A stretch of DNA of 64,000 nucleotides from Laetmonice hystrix (GCA_965235115.1 OZ249442.1:27466001-27530000), one strand, 5' to 3'. Positions 48,868-62,922 are shown, counted from the first letter of the stretch. The notes: a model not told the origin generated them from the sequence alone. Made by a program: numbers and translations.

Positions 48868-51800
48868 ATGAGGCTACAGGCCGTTCTCCTCCTGCTGATT
48901 ACCGCCTGGCTACCGTCGACCTCAACCCTGAAGGGAGGTCTCTCCATCGAACTGACCTCTTCACTCCAGGCGGACAGTCCGGCCCACCAATCGACTGGAG
49001 AGGGAACAGTCGGTCTAGAGATGATCGCCTCCTGTCGGGCCTCCTGTGGCGTCACGGTAAGCATTCTCCATTCATTGTACCAGTAATTTTATGATGAAAA
49101 TTATGAAAACAATTTACAACAACTGTGTTTTAGATTAGAGCATTCCGTTAACAACAACCCGGATTTCACCTCATGTCTGTAAATCTGGGTTTTTTTTCTA
49201 GTTTCTTCAGTGGCCGCTAGGTGACGGGCAGTGCCTGGAGGAACCTCAATGTGTAACGGTCAGTATAAATTATATGCGTCACGATTTTGGCCACGATTCA
49301 GATACAGGTCGTAACAGCTATTTTTAGGGGTTTAAGCTTTTTTTATCCGTTCTCCAAGCCATTCATTCACTGTCTCTATCCCTTTCAGTGTTGGCGATTA
49401 TGCGACCTCCTGTACACGGAAGAGCTCAAATGGAGAATGTCTTGTGACCAGGACGATTGTGTAAGTCAAATTATATTTTATAACGTAAAAAACGACAGCG
49501 TGTAAATTGACCTGGAATAGGTATTCTGACTAGTACTTAAGATATGATTCATATTCAACATATTTTCATTCAGCTCGACGGATGTCAGACTGCCTGCAGT
49601 TTTGATTTCTCGCAGAGTCCCGGTAAGCACACCTCTGTCTTTCAGTGTAGGTCCTTAGGTATGCTATTTCGATTATAGTTTTTCTGTTATGTAATTTCCA
49701 GATTAATAGTTATTTGATTATTTCCCTGGTTGTAGTCTCTCCCAGTGTTGGCGACTGGCAGTTCCTTGTCGACCCCATACTGACCATTGTGGACGCCAAC
49801 AAGTTACACGTCACGTGGTCTCCACCCGAATACCGCCCCCACCAGTCCCGATTCCGATCACCAGGTGGCAGGCCTATCGTTTACACTCTGCTGTTCAAGG
49901 ATATCACGAACCCCCACTGGCGAAGGGTCACTTCGGTTAGTATGCAATGGCGTTTGTTAATCCAAATCGAAACTGTGTCGGCAAAATATAGGTTATTCTT
50001 GATTATCTTTTTAGAATCTAGGATGACCTTTTTTTATTTGCTGATTTCTACTTTTAGACCATGAACTTGAGAGCGATCGTGGAAGGACCACACGCAAGTC
50101 TTCCAGGCCTTCGGTTCCAGCTGCTCGCATCCTCAGAAGAAGGAACAGTTGCATATGTCTTCATTGGCTACAATCCTACCACCACACTACTACCACTGGA
50201 CCACACTACCTATACCTCTGCTACATTCAAGACATCTACAGAAACCCCGGCCTCAACAGTGAGTTGTGAAGCTTTCGGCCCCAATTTGGGTGTAAAATTG
50301 ATGGCCTTATGTCATAGCTCATGAGCCAAGCAGACTATATTGTTGGGGTGCTTTACAATAGATATTTCTCCATCCTACAGGGCCACACTGCAGCAATGAC
50401 GTCACCAAAGGTATCAGTTGCCGTCACCGAGGATGGAAGCATTGAAGCCACCATAACGTGGGACCAGATTCTCACAGACACTGATCGAATTGTTTACAAT
50501 GTCACTTGGGGGCGCCACTCGTGTAATGTCGATCCGAGCCTAACTGCGTGCCCTCTACGGGAAGGTAGACTCTCCGCCAACATCAAGGCTAAAGATCGCC
50601 AGGTAGCTCTTCGAGTTGCTGCTTCCTATATTACATACCTTCAAATCTAATTTTGCGTTCCGATTTCCATTCCGTTAGCCAGAAGGAGTTCTAAATGTTG
50701 CAATGTATGATGTATGTCGTGTCCTATAGAATATGTAGGCTTACCGCTACCACATTTGTATATTTCAGGAGATGCGCGTCGTCCTGACTCAGCTTACCTT
50801 TAATTCCAAGTACTGGCTTCAGGTGAACTTAAGAGGGCAGGTCTACAGTTCGGTCTTCTTCACTCCAGCCTGCCGCCAGGTGGACGCAACCTTCATGAGA
50901 TGTGCCGGGCCGGTGAAAACTCTGCCAGCCAGGGTGAAGACCACTACCTTATGGGCAACGCCTTCTAGCAGGAGTTTAACATCTCTACTCACGACACCCA
51001 TGTCAACGACCGATTCCGATCGTAGACCGAGTCTGTCTACAGGAGGGAAAGAACTTCCCAAGGACATCAGGCCAAAACTTCATCAAGGGGGTACGTCAAG
51101 GGCATGTACATAACTTCAACTAAACATTGTCATTGGTTGGATAGGGCATTTGTAGTAAAGTCGGCCACAATGTCACAGTTTGTTAATTTCATTATGTTAC
51201 AGGAGATAAATCCTGGTTGTCTGCTAACTGGCTGGTCCTACTGGTAGCGACGGCTGCCAGTCTGACGACCATGGTTATCTTCACAGCCGGCCTCTATCTC
51301 TGCGGATGTTTAACTCGACCCAAGGGTAAGTGACCATTCAGTTTATATTCTCAACAGATTCTATTATGTGCGAGAAGGAGTGAAACATGAGAAATATTTC
51401 TGAAATGAACCATTTCCCTCTTATCAAAGTAGTTGTCGTCTTTCTTCCACAGGGTACTCCAGTGCAGGCCAGGCTAACATGACTTTCGCCAGCTTTCCGC
51501 CGTCATACAGTTCCCAAGCCAACCTGTACCAACTCCAGCACCTCCAGTTGTCTCAACGACTCCTGGCCTACACCCCTGTACCACCCGCCTACGTCAGCTG
51601 CCCTGGCCACGCCCCCAGCCCCATGGTCATCGCCCCGTCCTACCACGGTCTGCCGTCATTGACTTGTCACCTTCAGGACATGGAGGATGACGTACAGCCC
51701 CGGCTTTCCTCCTGCCCAGACTCCCCCAAGGTACCAGTGCCTCATCAACCCATCCCACAGATCTCCATAGACCTGTGCTCCGACGAATCTGACGATGAGT

Positions 51801-52006
51801 TTCATCTGACACGAACCAGCACCCCGACAGCCACCGTCCTGCGGGTGACAGACAACCCCCTCTACCGACTTGAGCACAGTGCCCTCACAGTGCCACACCC
51901 GAGTCCAGTCCTCACGAGGAGCAGGTCGACTCAGGGCCTAGACCAGTGCTTCATCCGTGACGACAGTGTGTCCAGTCATGAGCGTGTCCACCACAGCGAC
52001 CTCTAG
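48868..52006 (+). CDS. Gene A copy 7, intact (tail same as copy 5)
   Basis: All splice sites present and no frameshift seen. Confidence 0.82.
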
Positions 52007-53335
52007 CGTGTCGCGTGCCTGTAACGGTCTGCCGCTACAGATTGGGGAGCTAGTGGGGGGGGGGGTGCGCTGCCACATAAGCGAAATTGTGTAATATGGT
52101 GCATGCCTGGTATTTTATGATGTCAAATGTCAAAAATAAAATATTCATTTCGATTGTGTGTTCTGCCATTCTACGCTTAACTGATAGAACTTCAAAAGGT
52201 CTCTACCTTCTATGCGCCGTTTTATATTTCTTCTCTGCTCCCATGTCCTCAATAGTCGAATATCTAGGATTCACATCTCAAAATGCCAGGCCTGTAATAA
52301 GAATTGACCCCGTTGAAACTCTATCCCACAATCTTCTTATCCGAAGTCAGACGCCGTATTCATGAGGCCCCGTATAGTCCGTTATCCCCGTTATCCCCAA
52401 CCCGTTTCGTACTGTCGCCCACAGATCCCGTAGCATTTGAACGTCATTGGAGTTAGGAAGCTGATGTCTTGTCGTACACGTCACTGTTGTCCATATTTGT
52501 AATCATTTATTTACTGTTTCTTTTGTTTCAAGACATCACGTGTTTGAAATAGAATCATTAACAGTGCCAGGGCTGTCATTGTTGGCTTTACATTGCGATA
52601 CACAAAACTGTTTAACTCTACAAAGATGGCCGCAAAGAGTCTTATATTTTGAAACTGTCTCTCATTATTTCTTCTTCAAGGTGGTAGCGTTCCCTCAACA
52701 ACTATATGGAGTTATACATTATGTAGAACGTGTTACATTAAAAGTTTAGAATCGGATTGTACTTCCTAAATAGGACCAGACCAAAAGCACAGCTTTGAAT
52801 ATAAGGCACCGCATGAGACCAAAGTTTTCACACCTTTCCACAGACGTTAACTACTTGCTGTTGTAGGCCTGCTGTTGTCTGTTCTTATGGCAACACCTGG
52901 GATACATAATGTACATAAGGTCATAGGTCCACAGTAACTGCTCAGCACTTGAATTGCACCTCAGACTGCCGAACAAGCTTCATAATCCAATATAGTTGGA
53001 AGAGGAACTCCGATTACATTCACAGAAAAGGTAAGACCCATTCTCACGTTTATGCCTATGTAGAGAAGAGAAATATATATATTCGTCAGGGGGAGAATAA
53101 CTAACAGCTCTATCCTAAGAGCCTGTGCTCTGATAAAAAGGTTAAAGGAATTGAAAATTTAAGATGATGACATGTAAGCTTGGCCGAGAATCATATTTAG
53201 GGGCCGTATCAAATCTTAAGTATGTTTGGTCATATATACAGCATTAGGAGAGAAGGGGAACGTTATTCGATATGTAACATTGCATTTATCTCCATTTCCA
53301 GAACGTTATCCCACTGGACAAGGTTATTAGACAAC

Positions 53336-54172
53336 ATGAATACCCTTAGAGTTTTCACACTCGTCATTATCGTTGCTTTCTTTGGTGAGTCGGTGAACTT
53401 TTTAATATATGTGATTATCGTATCTCAGTATCACTCTTTCAAATATTTCGGGGAAAGTTCTTAAGTTTGTATGCGTATCTGCTCAATTTCGCCTGTTTTG
53501 ACACCTGAACAGCTTTTTACTTTTACATTACGTTTTAGATTTTTCCAGATATTCAATGCCCGATGTCCTCTTCAAAAATATGGTTTAATTGTTTAAAAAT
53601 ACCCCATTTCTGATGTCCTGAATATCCTTTAATAGGTCAAGGTGAAAATGCCACCACATCCGGCCCAACAACGGCAGTGGTTTCCAGCACAGATCCATTG
53701 ACAATGGTCACAGATTCGTCCTCTGTGACAAACGACACAGTAACGGCGATTACTGGAACGGTTGAGGCCACCACCACGGCGGAAGGAAACGCAACAGACG
53801 CCACAACAGAGGTCAGTATGATTTCTTACACATTATGATAAAATAGAGGGGAAAATATTCCCATGGAAACTTTCATGCATATACTCGTATTTCTTCCTGC
53901 CTTTAGGTGGCAAAGGTTAACTTTAGAAGTTTAAGTGCAATTTATGTCAGTCCATTTTACACGCAATCATACGAAAGATAATTCATTTGTAAACATTTAT
54001 CCGGAAAAACACATATTTTCGGTCACGACTGCTTGTTTAAAGATTATTTTCCATTCCTTTGCATTACTGACAGACACCGGATTCGTCTCAGAACAGCGCC
54101 CACGTTCTTTCCAGCTCTGTGGTCATGGCCATATCGGCCATTGCCACATACAGCGCCCTCTTACGAATTTAA
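53336..54172 (+). CDS. Gene B copy 8, intact
   Basis: Same three-exon structure, open frame. Confidence 0.83.
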
Positions 54173-54672
54173 CCGTGACGTCACGACCATTCCTCATGTG
54201 ATCGCGCTGAACTAATCGTCAGCAAGCTAGAGACTCAAGTTACGCTTTCTCCAGTATACATATTTTACGCAATATCTCCACGTGGACAAGTGAACAAATT
54301 GACAAAAGTTTGGTGCTTAAATTGTTTAAATATTCTTATAGAAAAAAAACCCAATGTATGTGTAGGTACTAAAAGGGCAACTGAATACTACATTGACGTC
54401 CGGAGCATAACACTGGAGAAAAGCACTATTGTATGTAAAACTCGGTATTGTAAATAAAATGAAAGGTTTTTAAAAGCGAATTCATGTTTCTATTGCATAA
54501 TTTCTTGTTGAACACGCACAAATAAACTTTATGTACAGCTGCCCACATTCTATCTGTCTACTAGCTGCCACTTTGGGATATTACCAAAAGTTTTTTTGAG
54601 TATCTTTCCAAAAAAAAGTCCCATAGAAAATAGATGATCTTGACAGACTTTCAAAAGCCCGTCTATAAAAAT

Positions 54673-54745
54673 TGACCACGATGGGACTCGAACCCACAAT
54701 CTTCTGATTCGAAGTCAGACGCCTTATCCATTAGGCCACGCGGCC
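54673..54745 (-). tRNA. tRNA-Arg(UCG)
   Basis: Same cloverleaf sequence with terminator. Confidence 0.96.
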
Positions 54746-55095
54746 ACCCATATACAGCTTTTTCCAAATTTCGTAACACTGAGAGAAAACTCGATTAATA
54801 CACGTTTAGAGTGCACGGTGAGTGTACATGTCAGTGTGAATTTCCTGTTGACACAACCCCATGGGTGATAAGTGTAATTATTCACGATCCATACCATATG
54901 GTCCCTCTTTCTGCAAAATCAAAATTTGAAGTGACAGCTAGTAGAAGTCGGGTCAAAGCGTTCTATGTGTCTGTATTTGAGGCCTTTGTCGGTATTACTC
55001 AAAGAGAGAGCGTCAGAGGCGTCACCGTGGCGGATTGGGCCAGGTCAAAGGAGGAGAGAGTGGGTGGGGTGAGGCTGTCGTGGGCGGGGTGAGGC

Positions 55096-55099
<4 letters not shown>

Positions 55100-55151
<52 letters not shown>
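55100..55151. repeat. (AG)26 microsatellite
   Basis: Read directly from the sequence. Confidence 0.96.
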
Positions 55152-55154
<3 letters not shown>

Positions 55155-56331
55155 GGGAGTGGGCGGGGTGAGACTGTTGTGGGCGGGCCCCAGCTCAAAG
55201 AGAGGGCGGGTGACAGGTAACCGTGGCCGGCTCAAATGGTCAACAGACAGGGTCATTCGGCCCACCTCGGGACTGTCCGGGCGGCACAAGTCAGTAGGCT
55301 GCCGAATAGTCCGGTGAAAGGACTTCCGTTTTCGTAACGCTATGGTGTGGGAGTGATACGGTCGTGGGGGATTCTATATTTATATTCTTACCCGTGACGT
55401 CACGGCAGTTCACTGACTTGAGCCGTCCAGACCACAACTAGCGAAGCGACCGGAAGTTGGGCCGAGGTTTTCCGAATGCAGACAAGGTGTGACCGTGGTT
55501 GGTGGTGACCGGCTCGAAAGGGAAACGGTAAAGGTGTGACCTAGTTAGACTAGTCAACCCCTAGTCATTTCTCTGCCGACTAGGGTTCGACGGTTTTAAC
55601 ATTTTAAATAAAGATGACCGAATAGTGGAAAGTGTGCACGACTCTTTCAGGCTAACTTTCCAAAAACTGTTTGTTATAGCGGGCTACTATTCGGACATAG
55701 TTAATTGTTTAAAAGGTGAAACTGCTTAAAAAAACTCTACCCTGACGAAGCTGAAAAACAAAAAGAAGAAACCGCCCGTCCACGGGTTTAACTACTCTAA
55801 GTTTTACAGTGGTTGGTGGCGGTTGGCTCAAAGGGGCAGAGGGCGAGGTGTGACCGTTACGGGAAGGCAGCCGGGTCACTCCTCGCCGGGACTGCCCTAT
55901 TCACACCTATAGCTCCCGGCCTAGGGTGGCGGCTATGATCTCGACTCGTGAAATTCCTCTAAGGCCGCATTTTTTCACACATCCACTTACAAAGAACATG
56001 TCAAAGCCTTTGAAGGGGCAGCCTCCACCGAGTGGGATGCTATATAAGTCAGTTCCCTGGACACAGAAATCAGAACCTTGTCGACCGTCACAGACGTCGG
56101 ACATCATATCACGGATTGCATTGGACTGCTGTAAACACGGGACATACGACCAGTTTGGAAGCTTCACTAGGTATGATTCAGCTTATAATCAGCACTGCAG
56201 GGAGCGTCAAGATCTGTTTAGGTTACGACAACAATATAAAGTTATCCTTGACCATACAGTTTTTGATTGCTCTTATATTTTTTGACAATGCCATTTCTGT
56301 TTCAGACTCGAATTCAGGGGCTACCTTCACC

Positions 56332-59300
56332 ATGAGGCTACAGGCCGTTCTCCTCCTGCTGATTACCGCCTGGCTACCGTCGACCTCAACCCTGAAGGGA
56401 GGTCTCTCCATCGAACTGACCTCTTCACTCCAGGCGGACAGTCCGGCCCACCAATCGACTGGAGAGGGAACAGTCGGTCTAGAGATGATCGCCTCCTGTC
56501 GGGCCTCCTGTGGCGTCACGGTAAGCATTCTCCATTCATTGTACCAGTAATTTTATGATGAAAATTATGAAAACAATTTACAACAACTGTGTTTTAGATT
56601 AGAGCATTCCGTTAACAACAACCCGGATTTCACCTCATGTCTGTAAATCTGGGTTTTTTTTCTAGTTTCTTCAGTGGCCGCTAGGTGACGGGCAGTGCCT
56701 GGAGGAACCTCAATGTGTAACGGTCAGTATAAATTATATGCGTCACGATTTTGGCCACGATTCAGATACAGGTCGTAACAGCTATTTTTAGGGGTTTAAG
56801 CTTTTTTTATCCGTTCTCCAAGCCATTCATTCACTGTCTCTATCCCTTTCAGTGTTGGCGATTATGCGACCTCCTGTACACGGAAGAGCTCAAATGGAGA
56901 ATGTCTTGTGACCAGGACGATTGTGTAAGTCAAATTATATTTTATAACGTAAAAAACGACAGCGTGTAAATTGACCTGGAATAGGTATTCTGACTAGTAC
57001 TTAAGATATGATTCATATTCAACATATTTTCATTCAGCTCGACGGATGTCAGACTGCCTGCAGTTTTGATTTCTCGCAGAGTCCCGGTAAGCACACCTCT
57101 GTCTTTCAGTGTAGGTCCTTAGGTATGCTATTTCGATTATAGTTTTTCTGTTATGTAATTTCCAGATTAATAGTTATTTGATTATTTCCCTGGTTGTAGT
57201 CTCTCCCAGTGTTGGCGACTGGCAGTTCCTTGTCGACCCCATACTGACCATTGTGGACGCCAACAAGTTACACGTCACGTGGTCTCCACCCGAATACCGC
57301 CCCCACCAGTCCCGATTCCGATCACCAGGTGGCAGGCCTATCGTTTACACTCTGCTGTTCAAGGATATCACGAACCCCCACTGGCGAAGGGTCACTTCGG
57401 TTAGTATGCAATGGCGTTTGTTAATCCAAATCGAAACTGTGTCGGCAAAATATAGGTTATTCTTGATTATCTTTTTAGAATCTAGGATGACCTTTTTTTA
57501 TTTGCTGATTTCTACTTTTAGACCATGAACTTGAGAGCGATCGTGGAAGGACCACACGCAAGTCTTCCAGGCCTTCGGTTCCAGCTGCTCGCATCCTCAG
57601 AAGAAGGAACAGTTGCATATGTCTTCATTGGCTACAATCCTACCACCACACTACTACCACTGGACCACACTACCTATACCTCTGCTACATTCAAGACATC
57701 TACAGAAACCCCGGCCTCAACAGTGAGTTGTGAAGCTTTCGGCCCCAATTTGGGTGTAAAATTGATGGCCTTATGTCATAGCTCATGAGCCAAGCAGACT
57801 ATATTGTTGGGGTGCTTTACAATAGATATTTCTCCATCCTACAGGGCCACACTGCAGCAATGACGTCACCAAAGGTATCAGTTGCCGTCACCGAGGATGG
57901 AAGCATTGAAGCCACCATAACGTGGGACCAGATTCTCACAGACACTGATCGAATTGTTTACAATGTCACTTGGGGGCGCCACTCGTGTAATGTCGATCCG
58001 AGCCTAACTGCGTGCCCTCTACGGGAAGGTAGACTCTCCGCCAACATCAAGGCTAAAGATCGCCAGGTAGCTCTTCGAGTTGCTGCTTCCTATATTACAT
58101 ACCTTCAAATCTAATTTTGCGTTCCGATTTCCATTCCGTTAGCCAGAAGGAGTTCTAAATGTTGCAATGTATGATGTATGTCGTGTCCTATAGAATATGT
58201 AGGCTTACCGCTACCACATTTGTATATTTCAGGAGATGCGCGTCGTCCTGACTCAGCTTACCTTTAATTCCAAGTACTGGCTTCAGGTGAACTTAAGAGG
58301 GCAGGTCTACAGTTCGGTCTTCTTCACTCCAGCCTGCCGCCAGGTGGACGCAACCTTCATGAGATGTGCCGGGCCGGTGAAAACTCTGCCAGCCAGGGTG
58401 AAGACCACTACCTTATGGGCAACGCCTTCTAGCAGGAGTTTAACATCTCTACTCACGACACCCATGTCAACGACCGATTCCGATCGTAGACCGAGTCTGT
58501 CTACAGGAGGGAAAGAACTTCCCAAGGACATCAGGCCAAAACTTCATCAAGGGGGTACGTCAAGGGCATGTACATAACTTCAACTAAACATTGTCATTGG
58601 TTGGATAGGGCATTTGTAGTAAAGTCGGCCACAATGTCACAGTTTGTTAATTTCATTATGTTACAGGAGATAAATCCTGGTTGTCTGCTAACTGGCTGGT
58701 CCTACTGGTAGCGACGGCTGCCAGTCTGACGACCATGGTTATCTTCACAGCCGGCCTCTATCTCTGCGGATGTTTAACTCGACCCAAGGGTAAGTGACCA
58801 TTCAGTTTATATTCTCAACAGATTCTATTATGTGCGAGAAGGAGTGAAACATGAGAAATATTTCTGAAATGAACCATTTCCCTCTTATCAAAGTATTTGT
58901 CGTCCTTCCTCCACAGGGTACTCGAGTGCGGGCCAGGCTAACATGACTTTCGCCAGCCTTCCGCCGTCATACAGTTCCCAAGCCAACCTTCACCAACTCC
59001 AGCACCTCCAGTTGTCTCAACGACTCCGGGCCTACACCCCTGTACCACCCGCCTACGTCAGCTGCCCTGGCCACACCCCCAGCCCCATGGTCATCGCCCC
59101 GCCCTACCACGGTCTGCCGTCATTGACTTGTCACCTTCAGGACATGGAGGATGACGTACAGCCCCGGCTTTCCTCCTGCCCAGACTCCCCCAAGGTACCA
59201 GTGCCTCATCAGCCCATCCCTCAGATCTCCATAGACCTGTGCTCCGACGAATCTGACGATGAGTTTCATCTGACACGAACCAGCACCCCGACAGCCACCG

Positions 59301-59470
59301 TCCTGCGGGTGACAGACAACCCCCTCTACCGACTTGAGCACAGTGCCCTCACAGTGCCACACCTGAGTCCAGTCCTCACGAGGAGTAGGTCGACCCAGGG
59401 CCTAGACCAGTGCTTCATCCGTGACGACAGTGTGTCCAGTCATGAGCGTTTCCACCACAGCGACCTCTAA
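56332..59470 (+). CDS. Gene A copy 8, intact (tail resembles copy 6; TAA stop)
   Basis: All splice sites present and no frameshift seen. Confidence 0.82.
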
Positions 59471-59950
59471 CGTGTACCACAACGGTCTACCGCTACAGAT
59501 TGAGGAGCTAGTGGGGGGTGGGGGTGCGCTGCCACATGAGCGAAATTGTGTAATATGGTGCATGCCTGGTATTTTATCGTCGGGTACAGTGATTGGTTCA
59601 TAATATTCATGTCAACAAATGTCAAAAATAAAAAAAATATTCAATTTGATTGTGTGTTCTGCCATTCTATTCTTAATTGATAGAAAGCCAAAAGGTGACT
59701 ACCTTCCATGAGAGTTTTTCTTTTTCTTCTCTGGTCTTGTGCCCTCAATAGTCGAATATCTCTAAGAAAAGTAAAGAAAATCCCAGGCCTATAATAAGAA
59801 TTGACCGTGTCGAAACTCTATCCCACAATCCGAAGTCAGACACCTGATTCATGAGGTCACGTAGTCTCAATCACTTCTATCGACGCCTATAGACGTTAGG
59901 CATATTAAAATAATAGGCTTGGCCTCTGTTATCCCCAATCCGTTCCGTAT

Positions 59951-60145
59951 TGGCCGTCATTGCGCCAATGGACCGTCATTGCGCCAATCGGCCGTCATTG
60001 CGCCAATCGGCCGTTATTGCGCCAATGGACCGTCATTGCGCCAATCGACCGTCATTGCGCCAAACGACCGTCATTGCGCCAATCGGCCGTCATTGTGCCA
60101 ATCGGCCGTCATTGCGCCAATCGGCCGTCATTGCGCAAATCGGCC
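59951..60145. repeat. 19-bp minisatellite, about 10 copies, consensus TCGGCCGTCATTGCGCCAA
   Basis: Read directly from the sequence; found only in this unit. Confidence 0.96.
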
Positions 60146-61003
60146 ACGATATCACAGTCCTAACGCCATCTGTCGATTTACAACACCCCATCTATGTATA
60201 CTGAGCAACAACATAACATCACAAATGACATACAATAATGGTATTCAAATAACCCCCCCCCCCCCCCCCCAAAAAAAAAAGCGTTTATTTTCACTTTTAC
60301 GGAGACCTTTTCAGAAATATGTTGGTTTTTACACTGCGATACAGAAAACTGTTTCCCTCTATACAAAGGTGGCTGTAAAGAGTTTTATATTTTGAAAGTG
60401 TCGTGTAGACGTGTAGAATCGGATTGTACTTCCTAAATAGGACCAGACCAAAAGCAGAGCTTTGAATATAAGGCACCGCATGAGACCAAAGTTTTCACAC
60501 CTTGCCACAGACGTTAACTACCTGCTGTTGTAGGCCTGCTGTTGTCTGTTCTTATGGCAACACCTGGGATACATAATGTACATAAGGTCATAGGTCCACA
60601 GTAGCTCTTCAGCACTTGAATTGCACCTCAGACTGCCGAACAAGCTTCATAATCCAATATAGTTGGAAGAGGAACTCCGATTACATTCACAGAAAAGGTA
60701 AGACCCATCCTCACGTTTATGCCTATGTAGAGAAGAGAAATATATATATTCGTCAGGGGGGGGAATAACTAACAGCTCTATCCTAAGAGCCTGTGCTCTG
60801 ATAAAAAGGTTAAAGGAATTGAAAATTTAAGATGATGACATGTAAGCTTGGCCGAGAATCATATTTAGGGGCCGTATCAAATCTTAAGTATGTTTGGTCA
60901 TATATACAGCATTAGGAGAGAAGGGGAACGTTATTCGATATGTAACATTGCATTTATCTCCATTTCCAGAACGTTATCCCACTGGACAAGGTTATTAGAC
61001 AAC

Positions 61004-61946
61004 ATGAATACCCTTAGAGTTTTCACACTCGTCATTATCGTTGCTTTCTTTGGTGAGTCGGTGAACTTTTTAATATATGTGATTATCGTATCTCAGTATC
61101 ACTCTTTCAAATATTTCGGGGAAAGTTCTTAAGTTTGTATGCGTATCTGCTCAATTTCGCCTGTTTTGACACCTGAACAGCTGGATTACCCCGAGCGGGG
61201 GGCTAGCGGCACAGATTTCTCACACCTTCGGCCCTGTCTAAACGGGGGGCTAGCGGGCGGGGGGCTAGCGGGATGACACCGAACAGCTTATTACTTTTAC
61301 ATTACGTTTTAGATTTTTCCAGATATTCAATGCCCGATGTCCTCTTCAAAAATATGGTTTAATTGTTTAAATATACCCCATTTCTGACGTCCTGAATAAC
61401 GTTTAATAGGTGAAGGTGAAAATGCCACGACATCCGGCCCAACAACGGTAGTGGTTTCCAGCACAGATCCATTGACAATGGTCACAGATTCGTCCTCTGT
61501 GACAAACGACACAGTAACGGCGATTACTAGAACGGTTGAGGCCACCACCACGGCGGAAGGAAACGCAACAGACGCCACAACAGAGGTCAGTATGATTTCT
61601 TACACATTATGATAAAATAGAGGGGAAAATATTCCCATGGAAACTTCCATGGATATACTCGTATTTCTTCCTGCCTTTAGGTGACAAAAGTTAACTTTAG
61701 AAGTTTAAGTGCAATTTATGTCAGTCCATTTTACACGCAATCGTACGAAAGATAATTTATTTGTAAAGATTTATCCAGAAAAACACATATTTTCGGTCAC
61801 GACTGCTTGTTTAAAGATTATTTTCCATTCCTTTACATTACTGACAGACACCGGATTCGTCTCAGAACAGCGCCCACGTTCTTTCCAGCTCTGTGGTCAT
61901 GGCCATATCGGCCATTGCCACATACAGCGCCCTCTTACGAATTTAA
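61004..61946 (+). CDS. Gene B copy 9, intact coding exons with a ~91-bp insertion in intron 1
   Basis: Three exons open with a few substitutions (Q>E, A>V, G>R). Confidence 0.8.
61167..61288. mobile_element. ~91-bp insertion (61183-61273) flanked by a 15-16 bp direct repeat
   Basis: TGACACCTGAACAGCT [insert with three GGGGGGCTAGCGG motifs] TGACACC-GAACAGCT. Other units have a single copy of the flank. Confidence 0.7.
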
Positions 61947-62445
61947 CCGTGACGTCACGACCATTCCTCATGTGATCGCGCTGAACCAATCGTCAGCAAG
62001 CTGGAGACTCAAGTTACGCTTTCTCCAGTATACATATTTTACGCAATATCTCCACGTGGACAAGTGAACAAATTGACAAAAGTTTGGTGCTTAAATTTTT
62101 TAAATATTCTTATAGAAAAAAAAACAATGTATGTGTAGGTGCTAAAAGGGCAACTGAATACTACATTGACGTCCGGAGCATAACACTGGAGAAAAGCACT
62201 ATTGTATGTAAAACTCGGTATTGTAAATAAAATGAAAGGTTTTTAAAAGCGAATTCATGTTTGTATTGCATAATTTCTTGTTGAACACGCACAAATAAAC
62301 TTTATGTACAGCTGCCCACATTCTATCTGTCTACTAGCTGCCACTTTGGGATATTACCAAAAGTTTTTTTGAGTATCTCTCCAAAAAAAAGTCCCATAGA
62401 AAATATATGACCTTGACATACTTTCAAAAGCCCGTCTATAAAAAT

Positions 62446-62518
62446 TGACCACGATGGGACTCGAACCCACAATCTTCTGATTCGAAGTCAGACGCCTTAT
62501 CCATTAGGCCACGCGGCC
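62446..62518 (-). tRNA. tRNA-Arg(UCG)
   Basis: Same cloverleaf sequence with terminator. Confidence 0.96.
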
Positions 62519-62868
62519 ACCCATATACAACTTTTTGCAAATTTCGTAACACTGAGAGAAAACTCGATTAATACACGTTTAGAGTGCACGGTGAGTGTAC
62601 ATGTCAGTGTGAATTTCCTGTTGACACAACCCCATGGGTGATAAGTGTAATTATTCACGATCCATACCATATGGTCCCTCTTTCTGCAAAATCAAAATTT
62701 GAAGTGACAGCTAGTAGAAGTCGGGTCAAAGCGTTCTATGTGTCTGTATTTGAGGCCTTTGTCGGTATTACTCAAAGAGAGAGCGTCAGAGGCGTCACCG
62801 TGGCGGATTGGGCCAGGTCAAAGGAGGAGAGAGTGGGTGGGGTGAGGCTGTCGTGGGCGGGGTGAGGC

Positions 62869-62872
<4 letters not shown>

Positions 62873-62916
<44 letters not shown>
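62873..62916. repeat. (AG)22 microsatellite
   Basis: Read directly from the sequence. Confidence 0.96.

Positions 62917-62922
<6 letters not shown>

Noticed and set aside
59951-60145. CRISPR-like array
   Set aside because: Contiguous repeats without unique spacers, no cas genes, eukaryotic context.
59919-60395. Repetitive ORFs (VIAPIGRHCANRPSLRQ) resembling a repeat protein
   Set aside because: Translation of a 19-bp minisatellite, which is not a multiple of 3 and cycles through frames; present in one unit only.
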